Shown piece after piece: positions 9,622-18,222 of a stretch of 64,000 nt of DNA. A program made the position numbers and the translations under genes. The notes below the pieces were generated by a model. That model had not been told where the DNA came from and searched no databases. It saw only the letters and a list, made by a program, of their open reading frames with translations. Source of the DNA: an uncultured Christensenella sp. (GTDB lineage: Bacteria; Bacillota; Clostridia; Christensenellales; UBA1750); contig CAOKIU010000004.1 of the NCBI GenBank assembly GCA_948468595.1, positions 1,988-65,987 of the forward strand, read 5' to 3'. How positions within the stretch are numbered: the stretch's first letter is position 1; every line of letters begins with the position of its first letter.

Positions 9622-10431
9622 ATGAAGCTCGCAAAGAAAATCGCCGCTTTGGTTCTGGCGCTTGCGCTGATGCTGTCGCTGACGGCCTGCACCGGCGGGA
9701 ACAAGGAAAAGAAGCTGGTGGTGGGCGCCTCGCCCGCGCCGCACGCCGAGATCCTGGAGTTTGTCAAGCCCATCCTGCAAGAAAAGGGCATCGTTCTGGA
9801 GATTGAGGAGTTCACCGACTACGTGCTGCCCAATCAGGCGCTGGAGGCCGGGGACCTGGACGCCAACTACTTCCAGCACTACCCCTATCTGGCCAACTTC
9901 AACGAGAACAACAAGGCGAATCTCGTCTCCGCCGCCGCCATTCATTTTGAGCCCCTGGGCATTTACGCCGGCAAGAGCGCGGACCTGAACGCCATTCCCG
10001 ACGGCGCGACCGTAGCGGTCCCCAACGACGCCACCAACGAGGCGCGCGCGCTGCAGCTGCTCGCCGCGCAGGGCATCATCACCCTGCCCGAGGGCGCGGG
10101 TCTCAACGTCACTGCCCGCGATGTGGTGGAGAACCCCCACAACCTGGAGTTCTTGGAGATTGCCGCCGAGCAGGTGCCCCGCACGCTGGTGGATGTGGAC
10201 TTTGCCGTGGCCAACGGCAACTACGCGCTGGAGGCCGGCATCACCGACAAGCTCCTTGTGACGGAGGAAAAGAACTCCGAAGGCGCGCAGACCTACGCCA
10301 ACATCATCGCGGTCCGCGCGGGGGATGAGAACCGCGAGGAGATCAAGACCCTGGTAGAGGTCCTTCAGTCCGAAGAGGTTCGCGCCTTCATCACCGAAAA
10401 ATACGGCGCCAACGTCATCCCGGTGTTCTAA
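9622..10431 (+). CDS. metQ: Methionine-binding lipoprotein (NlpA/MetQ family)
   Basis: Second in-frame ATG chosen: AGGAGG at 9605-9610 is only 2 nt from the ATG at 9613 but 11 nt from the one at 9622. MKLAKKIAALVLALALMLSLTAC lipobox, then GASPAPHAEILEFV...ANYFQHYPYL, typical of MetQ. Confidence 0.9.
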   Translation: MKLAKKIAALVLALALMLSLTACTGGNKEKKLVVGASPAPHAEILEFVKPILQEKGIVLEIEEFTDYVLPNQALEAGDLDANYFQHYPYLANFNENNKANLVSAAAIHFEPLGIYAGKSADLNAIPDGATVAVPNDATNEARALQLLAAQGIITLPEGAGLNVTARDVVENPHNLEFLEIAAEQVPRTLVDVDFAVANGNYALEAGITDKLLVTEEKNSEGAQTYANIIAVRAGDENREEIKTLVEVLQSEEVRAFITEKYGANVIPVF

Positions 10432-10463
10432 ATCCGCGAAAGAAACGGGACCAACAGTCAAAT

Positions 10464-10495
10464 AATTTTGCTCGGCCTTACCGGCCGGGCAAAAT
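10464..10495 (+). other. Stem-loop without U-tract between metQ and the lipoprotein gene
   Basis: AATTTTGCTCGGCC-TTAC-CGGCCGGGCAAAATT, a ~14-bp stem with no downstream T-run and no room for a promoter before 10535. Possible mRNA processing or stability element rather than a terminator. Confidence 0.35.
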
Positions 10496-10534
10496 TGGCG
10501 ATATGCCACAAAAATTGAAGGAGGATGTTTCCCA

Positions 10535-11140
10535 ATGAAAAAGCTCATGTCCGTTTTGCTGTCTGTACTGCTCCTTGTGTCCCTGACCGCCTGCTCCCAG
10601 GGCGCCAAGCTCGAACGCGGCGCGTGGGACGGCACAACCTTCACCAACACGTTCTCCGGCATCACCATGACCATCCCCAACACCGAAGAGTGGACCATCG
10701 CCTCTGAGGAGGATTTGGCCGCGCTGATGGACATTGCTTCCGATACGATGGAGGATGCCAACAAGCTGCAAGCCGCTCTGGCCAAGATCCAGACCGTTCA
10801 GGATATGATGGTGCAGAACGCCACCACCGGCTCCAGCGTTGTGCTCATGTATGAGAACCTGTCCCTGCACGGCGTTGGCTCCAGCTACACGGCTGAGGAT
10901 TTCGCCAAGGAAGTGGAAACCGGCCTGAAGAACAACACGCAGATCTCCTACACCCTTAAGGACAACTATACCACGACCCTTTGCGGCAAGGAGTACGTCG
11001 TTGTGCCCACCGAGGTTCCGGACTACGGCATGAACCAGAGCTACCTGATGCGCCGTGAGGGCAACTACATGGTGGAAATCATCCTCACCGGCCTGGGCCA
11101 GGAGTCCATTGACGAGCTGCTGGGCATGTTCGCCGAGTAA
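10535..11140 (+). CDS. Lipoprotein of unknown function
   Basis: GAAGGAGG RBS. MKKLMSVLLSVLLLVSLTAC is a signal peptide plus lipobox. The rest is hydrophilic with no family I recognise. Confidence 0.75.
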   Translation: MKKLMSVLLSVLLLVSLTACSQGAKLERGAWDGTTFTNTFSGITMTIPNTEEWTIASEEDLAALMDIASDTMEDANKLQAALAKIQTVQDMMVQNATTGSSVVLMYENLSLHGVGSSYTAEDFAKEVETGLKNNTQISYTLKDNYTTTLCGKEYVVVPTEVPDYGMNQSYLMRREGNYMVEIILTGLGQESIDELLGMFAE

Positions 11141-11171
11141 AAAAGGGCAGGCGGCTCGCGCCGCGGCCATT

Positions 11172-11211
11172 AAATCCCGCTGGGGCCTTTCGTCCCACGC
11201 GGGATTTTTTT
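11172..11211 (+). terminator. Rho-independent terminator
   Basis: AAATCCCGCTGGGG..CCCACGCGGGATTT followed by a T-run (GGGATTTTTTTG). Confidence 0.8.
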
Positions 11212-11297
11212 GTCCAGCCTGTCACCGGCGCGCAGTATTGGGTTTTGGTGTGGAATATGATACAATGCTTGTAATGAAACTGGGGGAGGTTACGACC

Positions 11298-13898
11298 ATG
11301 AGCATCATACCCAGGAAAGAACATCCAAGACCGGATTGGCAAAGGAACAATTGGCTCAATCTCAACGGCGAGTGGGAATTTGGCTTTTCCCAAGAGGAGA
11401 CCTGCCCGGCGCTGACTGGAAGGATCGTGGTGCCCTTCTCTTGGGCCAGTCCGCTCTCGGGCGTTGCGCAGGACCGCAAGGGCACGGGCTGGTACCGCCG
11501 CACCGCCCGGTTCGACGCGCAGGGCGAGGTTTTTCTCGTCATCGGCGCGGCGGATTATGAAACCCGCGTCTTTATCAACGGCGCTGCGGCTGGCGCGCAT
11601 GTGGGCGGCTACGGCGAAATTCGCCTCAACGTCACAAAGCTGTGGCGCAGGGGCGAGGACAACGAGATCTGCATCCGCGTAACCGACAACGATCTCCCCT
11701 GCCAGACGCGCGGAAAGCAAGGGTATGGCGAGATCCGCGGCATTTGGCAGACCGTCTACCTGGAGGAGGCGCCCGAGACCCACCTTGTCCATGCCAAGAT
11801 GGAGACCAAGGTGGATGGCGCCGTCACAGTCCGCGCGTGCATCCATGCCCAGCGGGCGGAGGAGACGACGCTATCGGCGGCCTTTGACGGCGAGGTCTAT
11901 TCCCAAAGGGTGTCCCTCGCCCCTGGCCGGAACGAAGCGGAGTTGTCGTTTGCGCTTAAAGCGCCCAAGCTCTGGACGCCGGAGACGCCGCATTTGTACG
12001 AGGGCGAGCTTCGCTTGGGGGAGGACGTGGTGCGCACCTACTTTGGCGTGCGCGAGGTCGGCTTTGCCTGCTTTGGCGGCAGGAGCTTCCCCTGGATCAC
12101 CTTAAACGGCAAGCCCGTGTACCTGAACGGGACGCTGGATCAGTCCTTTAACCCCAAGGGATACTTCACCCTGCCCTCGGAGGAAGAGGTGAAAGGCGAG
12201 GTGCAGCGCCTAAAGGACCTGGGCCTGAACCTGGTACGCCTGCACATCAAGCCCGAGGAGCCCCGCAAGCTCTATTGGATGGACAAGCTGGGCATCCTGG
12301 GCTTTGCGGACATGGTGTGCTTCTGGGGCGAGCCGGAGCCGGATACGCGCGCGCAGTTCGAGCGCGAGCTGGAGGAGATGCTGCGGCGCGACTGCAACCA
12401 TCCCTCCATCATGGCCTGGATCGTGTTTAACGAGACCTGGGGTCTGTTTTCCAACCTGGAGGGGAAGATGCGCGTCTACGCGCCGCAAACGCAGGAATGG
12501 GTGCGCAAGGTGTACAAAAGCGTCAAGGCGTTTGACCCCACGCGCCTTGTGGAGGATAACTCCGCCTGCAATCTGGACCACGTGGAGACGGACCTAAACA
12601 CCTGGCACTTCTATTTAAACGGCTACATGACCGTCAAGGAGCACATCGATACGGCGGCCAAGGGCGCGTATGAGGGCAGCGCGTGGAACTTCACCGGCGG
12701 CAACCGCCAGGCCTGCGTGCCGCTGATGAACTCCGAGTGCGGAATGGTTTGGGGCGTGCAGGACAGCGCGGGGGACAGCGATCTGGCCTGGCAGTACCAC
12801 TACATGATAAACGAGTTCCGCCTGCATGAGAACCTGTGCGGGTTTGTATTCACCGAGTTTCACGACGTCATCAATGAGTTCAACGGCTATTACCGCATTG
12901 ACAACCAGAAGAAGTCCTTTGGCTACGACCTTTTGGGGATGGGCATGACGATTGCGGACCTGCACGCCAAGGACTTTATCGCCTATGACGCGCCGCCCTG
13001 CCGCACGGTTGGTGGCGGCGAAAGGGTGGAGGTGCCCGTCTACCACTCCAGCTTTGGCGGCGTGCGCGCGGGGGAACCCCTGCTCCTTGAGTGGTTCCTG
13101 CACGGCACGCACGGCTACTACCAGCAGGGCAGCCTGACCTTTGCGGCCAAGGGCGATGGGCTGACGGCGCTGGGGACGGTGGAAGTCGCCATGCCCGAGG
13201 CTGCGGATGTCGCGGCGCTGACCTTCCGCTTGGTTCACAAGGGAGAGGTGCTGAGCAAGAACTTCCTCACCTTTGACGTGCGCGGTGCGCGCGTGGGCGC
13301 GGCAGCGGTCCGCCCGCGGGACTATGTGGAAAACCGCTTTGCCAACTCCTGGTTGGCGCTCTCCTCCGCCAAGGCGTGCGGCGTGGGGGAGGGGGCGTTC
13401 GTCTACGAGATCCCCACGGCGGGCTTTGCGGAGTTTGACAAGGTGGAGCTGCGCTTTGAGGCGGGGGCGAAGGTGCAGCTGGCCAAGGACAACAACGGCG
13501 CGCTGCCCAACTCCGAGGGCGCGGATTTCATGCAGGGATACAAGATGGACCCGGGGACCAACCACAACTCCTACTTTATGACGGATGAAAAGCGCTTCCC
13601 CTCCACGCTGCGCGTGGTGGTAGAGGGCGAGGAGCTGCTCCGGCAGACGCTGCCCGACGACCCTGCCGACTGCAACGGCGTGCTCTCCTGGCACTATCAG
13701 GCGCGCGAGCGGTATCTGGACGAGGCCGGTTCCTACGGCTATCTGATCATGGTGCCCATCGCCGGCGAGGCGCTCAAGCGGGCCAAGGCAAAGGGGACGC
13801 TGCGCGTGGAGCTCATTAGCGACGAGGGCGGGCTCGCGCTTTACGGCCGAAATGCCGGGCGCTTCCCCATCGACATCGAAGTGATCCCAAGACTTTGA
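11298..13898 (+). CDS. Glycoside hydrolase family 2 (beta-galactosidase/beta-glucuronidase-like) with C-terminal extension
   Basis: ORF 11055..13898 trimmed by 81 codons to the ATG at 11298 (GGGGGAGG upstream; TGaTACAAT extended -10 at 11258-11266). Jelly-roll WYRRTARFDAQGEVFLVIGAADYETRVFINGAAAGAHVGGY, acid/base HPSIMAWIVFNETWG, nucleophile region LMNSECGMVWG. Confidence 0.85.
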   Translation: MSIIPRKEHPRPDWQRNNWLNLNGEWEFGFSQEETCPALTGRIVVPFSWASPLSGVAQDRKGTGWYRRTARFDAQGEVFLVIGAADYETRVFINGAAAGAHVGGYGEIRLNVTKLWRRGEDNEICIRVTDNDLPCQTRGKQGYGEIRGIWQTVYLEEAPETHLVHAKMETKVDGAVTVRACIHAQRAEETTLSAAFDGEVYSQRVSLAPGRNEAELSFALKAPKLWTPETPHLYEGELRLGEDVVRTYFGVREVGFACFGGRSFPWITLNGKPVYLNGTLDQSFNPKGYFTLPSEEEVKGEVQRLKDLGLNLVRLHIKPEEPRKLYWMDKLGILGFADMVCFWGEPEPDTRAQFERELEEMLRRDCNHPSIMAWIVFNETWGLFSNLEGKMRVYAPQTQEWVRKVYKSVKAFDPTRLVEDNSACNLDHVETDLNTWHFYLNGYMTVKEHIDTAAKGAYEGSAWNFTGGNRQACVPLMNSECGMVWGVQDSAGDSDLAWQYHYMINEFRLHENLCGFVFTEFHDVINEFNGYYRIDNQKKSFGYDLLGMGMTIADLHAKDFIAYDAPPCRTVGGGERVEVPVYHSSFGGVRAGEPLLLEWFLHGTHGYYQQGSLTFAAKGDGLTALGTVEVAMPEAADVAALTFRLVHKGEVLSKNFLTFDVRGARVGAAAVRPRDYVENRFANSWLALSSAKACGVGEGAFVYEIPTAGFAEFDKVELRFEAGAKVQLAKDNNGALPNSEGADFMQGYKMDPGTNHNSYFMTDEKRFPSTLRVVVEGEELLRQTLPDDPADCNGVLSWHYQARERYLDEAGSYGYLIMVPIAGEALKRAKAKGTLRVELISDEGGLALYGRNAGRFPIDIEVIPRL

Positions 13899-13971
13899 CG
13901 CATCAACGGCGCGGGAAGGCTGAGAGCGCGTAGAGCGGGCTTTCGGCCTTCCCGCTTTCAGGGGAGAGAAC

Positions 13972-15084
13972 ATGAGGATACTGCATACGTCGGATTGGCA
14001 CCTGGGCCTGGACTTCTATGGCGTTTCCCTTTTGGAGGAACAGCGGCGCATGATCGATGAGATCGCTCAGATCGCCGTGGATGAAGGGGTGGCCGCGGTG
14101 CTGGTGGCGGGGGATATTTTTGACCGCGCGGTGGTCGCGCCGGACGCCATCGCGCTTTACAACTATGCCATGCGCCGCCTCTGCTTGGAGGCGCGCCTGC
14201 GCGTGATCCTGTGCGCGGGCAACCACGACGGCGCGGCGCGCCTGTCCTCCTTGAGCGACCTGCTCCGGCGCGCCGGCCTGTACATCTTTGGCCGCGTGGG
14301 CGAGCGGGATGACCAGGTGGACCTGGGCGAGGCTGTGGTGCACGTGCTGCCCTATGTCCATACCGACGACGTGCGCATCGCCTATCCGCAGGAGCAGGAG
14401 CGCATTGCGTGCGCCGCCGACGCCATGCGCATTGCCCTTGATCACCGCAGGCCGGAGAAGGGGGATGGAAGGCGGCACATCCTCATGGCGCACTGCATTG
14501 CCGCCGGCGGGCGCACCGGCCAGAGCGACCGCGCGGCGGCGGTGGGCGGTGCGCTCGCCGTGCCCACGACGCTGTTTGCCCCCTACGACTATACCGCCCT
14601 GGGGCATTTGCACCGGCCGCAGACCCTTTCCGGCGCGCCGGTGCGGTATTCCGGCACGCCGCTGTGCTACTCCTTTGCCGAAGCCGACCAGGAAAAGAGC
14701 GTCACGCTTTTGGATACGGAGGATATGTCCTGGCGCGCCGTGCCGCTGCACCCCCTGCACAAGGTGCTTAGGGCCCAGGGCACGATGGACGAACTGCTCA
14801 TGGGGGAATCGGAGGACTACATGCATCTGACCGTCCTGGACGAGCCTGCCACCGCCAGCGTGCAGGACGAGCTCAGGCGGCGCTACCCCCGCGCGCTGCT
14901 CATCGAGAGCGGGCGGCGGGAGATCATGGGCGCCGCGCCGATGCTCACAATGGAGGAGGCCGAGAGCGACTCTCCCTTGCGCATCGCGGAAAAATTCTAC
15001 CTATATAAGACCGGCATGGAGATGGACGAGGAGCAGCGCGCCTGGTTCCAGACCGCCATTGAGCGCGCCGAGAGGGAGGGATGA
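13972..15084 (+). CDS. sbcD: Exonuclease SbcD (Mre11-type nuclease subunit)
   Basis: Phosphoesterase motifs MRILHTSDWHLG, VAGDIFD and CAGNHDG. Directly followed by sbcC. Confidence 0.9.
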   Translation: MRILHTSDWHLGLDFYGVSLLEEQRRMIDEIAQIAVDEGVAAVLVAGDIFDRAVVAPDAIALYNYAMRRLCLEARLRVILCAGNHDGAARLSSLSDLLRRAGLYIFGRVGERDDQVDLGEAVVHVLPYVHTDDVRIAYPQEQERIACAADAMRIALDHRRPEKGDGRRHILMAHCIAAGGRTGQSDRAAAVGGALAVPTTLFAPYDYTALGHLHRPQTLSGAPVRYSGTPLCYSFAEADQEKSVTLLDTEDMSWRAVPLHPLHKVLRAQGTMDELLMGESEDYMHLTVLDEPATASVQDELRRRYPRALLIESGRREIMGAAPMLTMEEAESDSPLRIAEKFYLYKTGMEMDEEQRAWFQTAIERAEREG

Positions 15085-15087
15085 CCG

Positions 15088-18000
15088 GTGCTGCCCATTT
15101 GCTTGACGTTGCAGGCCTTCGGGCCGTATCTGGAGGAGCAGACCGTGGACTTTACGCGCCTTTCCGATCGCTTTCTCATCTGGGGGGAGACGGGCGCGGG
15201 CAAGACGGCGCTGCTGGACGCCATGACCTGCGCGCTGTATAACCGCGCCAGCGCCCAGGATCGCGGCGGCGTCTACGACCTGCGCTGCCAGCTTGCCCCC
15301 GCGCAGCAGGAGACGCGCATTGACTTTTTGTTCGCCGTCCGCGGCAGGCGCTATCGCTTTTGGAAGCGCTTAAGGCCGGTGAAGCGGCGCAAGGCTGATG
15401 ACGATGTGCGCAAGAACTACAATTTGGAGTGCGGCGCGGTGGAACTCCTGCCGGACGGCACGGAGAGAAACCTGCTTCAGAGCGCCAAGCCCACCGCCCA
15501 GGAGGAGGCGGCCCAGTTCGTCATCGGCATGGGGTACAGCCAATTTGTGCAGGTGATGGTGCTGCCTCAGGGAAAGTTTGAGCGGTTCTTAACCGCGGAC
15601 TCCACCGAAAAGGAGAAAATCCTCAAAAACATCTTTCGCACCGATCGCTACAACGCCTATCAGGACGGCCTCAACCGCCTGTGCCGCGAACGCGAGGCCG
15701 AAACGCGGGAGGCGGAGCAGGCCGTAGCGGCGCAGTGGGCGGTATACGGCGCGGATAGCGCCGACGCCCTGCGCGCGCAGCTCAGCGGCGACGCCGAGGC
15801 GCTAGACGCCTTGGAGCGCGACGAGCGGGACAGCCGGGCGGGCTATGAACGCCTGAACGCCGAGACGCAGCGCGCGCAGCAGCTTCAGGAGCGGTTCGCC
15901 CGCCTGGACGCCGGCGAGGAGGCCCTGCGGGCGTTGACGGCGCAGGCCGGGGAGGTGAAGCGCCGGGAGGCGGCGCTTCAGGCCGCGGAGCGCGCGCTGT
16001 ATGTCGAGCCGCTTTACGCGCAGATGCAGCGGCTTGCCGCCGAGTGCAGCCAGGCCGGGCGGCGCGCCGTGGGCACAAAACGGCAGCTCGACCAGGCGCG
16101 GGCAGAGGAGCGGGCCGCGCAGGAGGCCCTTGCGTTGCTCAACGCCGAGCAACCCCGCGTAGAATCCTTGCGCCGGGAGGCAGGGCTGTTGGAGATGCGC
16201 CTGCCGGAGCTCATCGGCCTTGCGGCGGCGCGCAGCGCGCTCAAGGAAGCGCAGCGCCTGTGCGCGCCCGCGCAGCGGCGCTTTGAGGCGGAGACGCAAA
16301 GGGCGCGGGAGCTGTCCGCGCGCTTGGAGAACCGCCGCGGCCAGGCGCGGGAATTGGAGGAAAAGTACGTCTCCCGGTTGGTCGCGCTCAAGGAGAGCTG
16401 CGACGCCTACGCGCAGTCTAGGCGCGCGCACGCTCAGGCGCAGGACCTGCGCCAAAGGGCGGAGGCGGCGCGGCAGGCGCGCGCGCAGGCCCAGGAGGAG
16501 CGCGAGGCGGTCAGCGCACGCGTGGCGGAGCTCCTTGGGCAGGAGGCGGAGCGGGAGATGCAGTATTTCAGCAACGCCGCCTCCGAGTTGTCCAAACGGC
16601 TAAAGGAGGGCAAGCCCTGCCCGGTGTGCGGCAGCCTGCACCATCCCAACACGCGCCAGAGCGCGGGCTATTTGAACGCGCGGGAGAACTACCTTGCGGC
16701 GCGCAAGACCCTCCGATCCGCGCAGAAGGCGCTGACCGACGCCGCGGCCAAGAGCGAGGGCGCGGCGGAGCGAGCGCGCAGCCTGGAGGCCCAGGCCGAA
16801 GAGGCGGCGCGCGAGGCTTCCCGCTGCGTGCCCTACGACGAGGAAGCGGAGCGGTCGGCGCTCCAATCCTTGCGGGAGGCGCAGGAGAAAAACGCGCTCT
16901 GCGACGAATGCAAGCGCGAGGCAGTGGAGCTGGAGCGCGAGCTTCGCCGGGCGGAGCGGGAGGCGGCCAAGGCGCAGGAGGAGTACGGCGAGCGCACCGC
17001 GGCCGTGGAGCGCGCCCGCACGAAGCTGGAAGAAGGGGAGCGGCGCGCCGGGGCCACCGCGGAAACCGCCCAGCAGGCGCAGGAGCGGCTGGACGCGATG
17101 CGGCAGGCCGTCTCCCGCCACGAAGAGCGCGCCGAGCGCGCGCGCAAGCGCGGCGGCGAGGCGGAAAAGCAGTCCCTGCTCTGCGCGCGGCTGCATAAGG
17201 ACGCTTGGGAAGCGGCGCAGGAGCTTCAACAGCGGGCGGAGCGCGCGCGTGAAGCGTTCGCCGCGGCGGCAAAGGCGCGCGGGTTCGCCGGCGAGGAGGA
17301 CTTCCTGGCCGCGCTGCGCAGCGAGGAGGAGATCGCCGGCCTGCGCGGCGCGAGCGAAGAATACCAGCGCAGCCTCAGCGCCGCGCGCGCGGAGGCGGAG
17401 GCTGCCCGCAAAGCCGTGGACGGCCAACAGCGGCCCGACCTTGACCGGCTTATGCGGGCGCGGGAGGAGAGCCTTGCGCGATGCAACGCCGCTGCCGCGG
17501 CCGCGGGGGCGCAGCGCGCGCTGTTGGAGAACAAGCGCAAGGCGCTGGTGAAGACCGAGAAGGACGGCGAGAAGGCGCGCGCCCTTCGCCGCGCCTGCGA
17601 CAAGATGCGCGCCTTTGCCGAAACCTTTGCCTACAGCAAGGGCGTTACGCTCTCCAGCTTCGTGCTCTCGGCCATGCTGGCGCGCGTGGCCGAACAGGCC
17701 AACTACCTGTTGGAGCGGGTGCATGGGGGGCGGTACCGGCTGGCCATCTGCCAGGCGTCCAGCCGCGCGAAGCTGGACGGGTTGGAGCTGAAGGTGCTGG
17801 ACGCCTATTCCGGCGGGGAGCGCGATGTGCGCACCCTTTCGGGCGGGGAGAAGTTTCTGGTCTCCCTTACGCTGTCGCTGGGGCTGTCGGCTGTGGTGCG
17901 CGCGCAGACGGGCGGCATCTCCATGGAGGCCATGTTTATCGACGAGGGTTTTGGCACCCTGGACCCCCGCTCCATCAAGGACGCGCTGGACGTGCTTGCG

Positions 18001-18123
18001 CGCATCGGCAGCGGCGGCAAGGTGGGCATCATCTCCCATGTGGAGGTCCTGCGCGAGAACGTCTTGCAGGGCGTTGAGGTGATCAAGGGCGATAAGGGCA
18101 GCAAAATCGCCCTCCACACCTGA
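15088..18123 (+). CDS. sbcC: Exonuclease SbcC (Rad50-type ATPase subunit)
   Basis: GTG start 3 nt after the sbcD stop. Walker A GETGAGKT, long Ala/Glu/Arg-rich coiled coil, zinc hook CPVCGSLHHP, signature LSGGEKFLVSLTLSLGL, Walker B MFIDEGFGTLD. Confidence 0.9.
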   Translation: MLPICLTLQAFGPYLEEQTVDFTRLSDRFLIWGETGAGKTALLDAMTCALYNRASAQDRGGVYDLRCQLAPAQQETRIDFLFAVRGRRYRFWKRLRPVKRRKADDDVRKNYNLECGAVELLPDGTERNLLQSAKPTAQEEAAQFVIGMGYSQFVQVMVLPQGKFERFLTADSTEKEKILKNIFRTDRYNAYQDGLNRLCREREAETREAEQAVAAQWAVYGADSADALRAQLSGDAEALDALERDERDSRAGYERLNAETQRAQQLQERFARLDAGEEALRALTAQAGEVKRREAALQAAERALYVEPLYAQMQRLAAECSQAGRRAVGTKRQLDQARAEERAAQEALALLNAEQPRVESLRREAGLLEMRLPELIGLAAARSALKEAQRLCAPAQRRFEAETQRARELSARLENRRGQARELEEKYVSRLVALKESCDAYAQSRRAHAQAQDLRQRAEAARQARAQAQEEREAVSARVAELLGQEAEREMQYFSNAASELSKRLKEGKPCPVCGSLHHPNTRQSAGYLNARENYLAARKTLRSAQKALTDAAAKSEGAAERARSLEAQAEEAAREASRCVPYDEEAERSALQSLREAQEKNALCDECKREAVELERELRRAEREAAKAQEEYGERTAAVERARTKLEEGERRAGATAETAQQAQERLDAMRQAVSRHEERAERARKRGGEAEKQSLLCARLHKDAWEAAQELQQRAERAREAFAAAAKARGFAGEEDFLAALRSEEEIAGLRGASEEYQRSLSAARAEAEAARKAVDGQQRPDLDRLMRAREESLARCNAAAAAAGAQRALLENKRKALVKTEKDGEKARALRRACDKMRAFAETFAYSKGVTLSSFVLSAMLARVAEQANYLLERVHGGRYRLAICQASSRAKLDGLELKVLDAYSGGERDVRTLSGGEKFLVSLTLSLGLSAVVRAQTGGISMEAMFIDEGFGTLDPRSIKDALDVLARIGSGGKVGIISHVEVLRENVLQGVEVIKGDKGSKIALHT

Positions 18124-18222
18124 GGAAGCGGAGAAACCGTCCGTTCCTGGCAAGGCGCAGGTCTTGAAAAGGGAGGACGAACCATGTATGCTAAGAATAA
18201 CAAGACGCTTGGAGGGAACAAA

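Noticed and set aside
9616-10785. 389-aa minus-strand ORF
   Set aside because: Antisense to metQ and the lipoprotein gene. No RBS and implausible composition.
12615-14826. 452-aa and 307-aa minus-strand ORFs
   Set aside because: Antisense to the GH2 and sbcD frames, both of which carry unambiguous catalytic motifs.
13972-18123. SMC-like ATPase + nuclease as a novel defence system
   Set aside because: The motifs and sizes are those of canonical SbcD (Mre11) and SbcC (Rad50, CxxC hook). There are no extra partner genes.
15782-18153. Many 60-517-aa ORFs in both strands inside sbcC
   Set aside because: All are Arg/Ala/Pro/Gly-rich products of the very GC-rich coiled-coil coding region. Only the sbcC frame carries Walker A, the zinc hook, the signature motif and Walker B.
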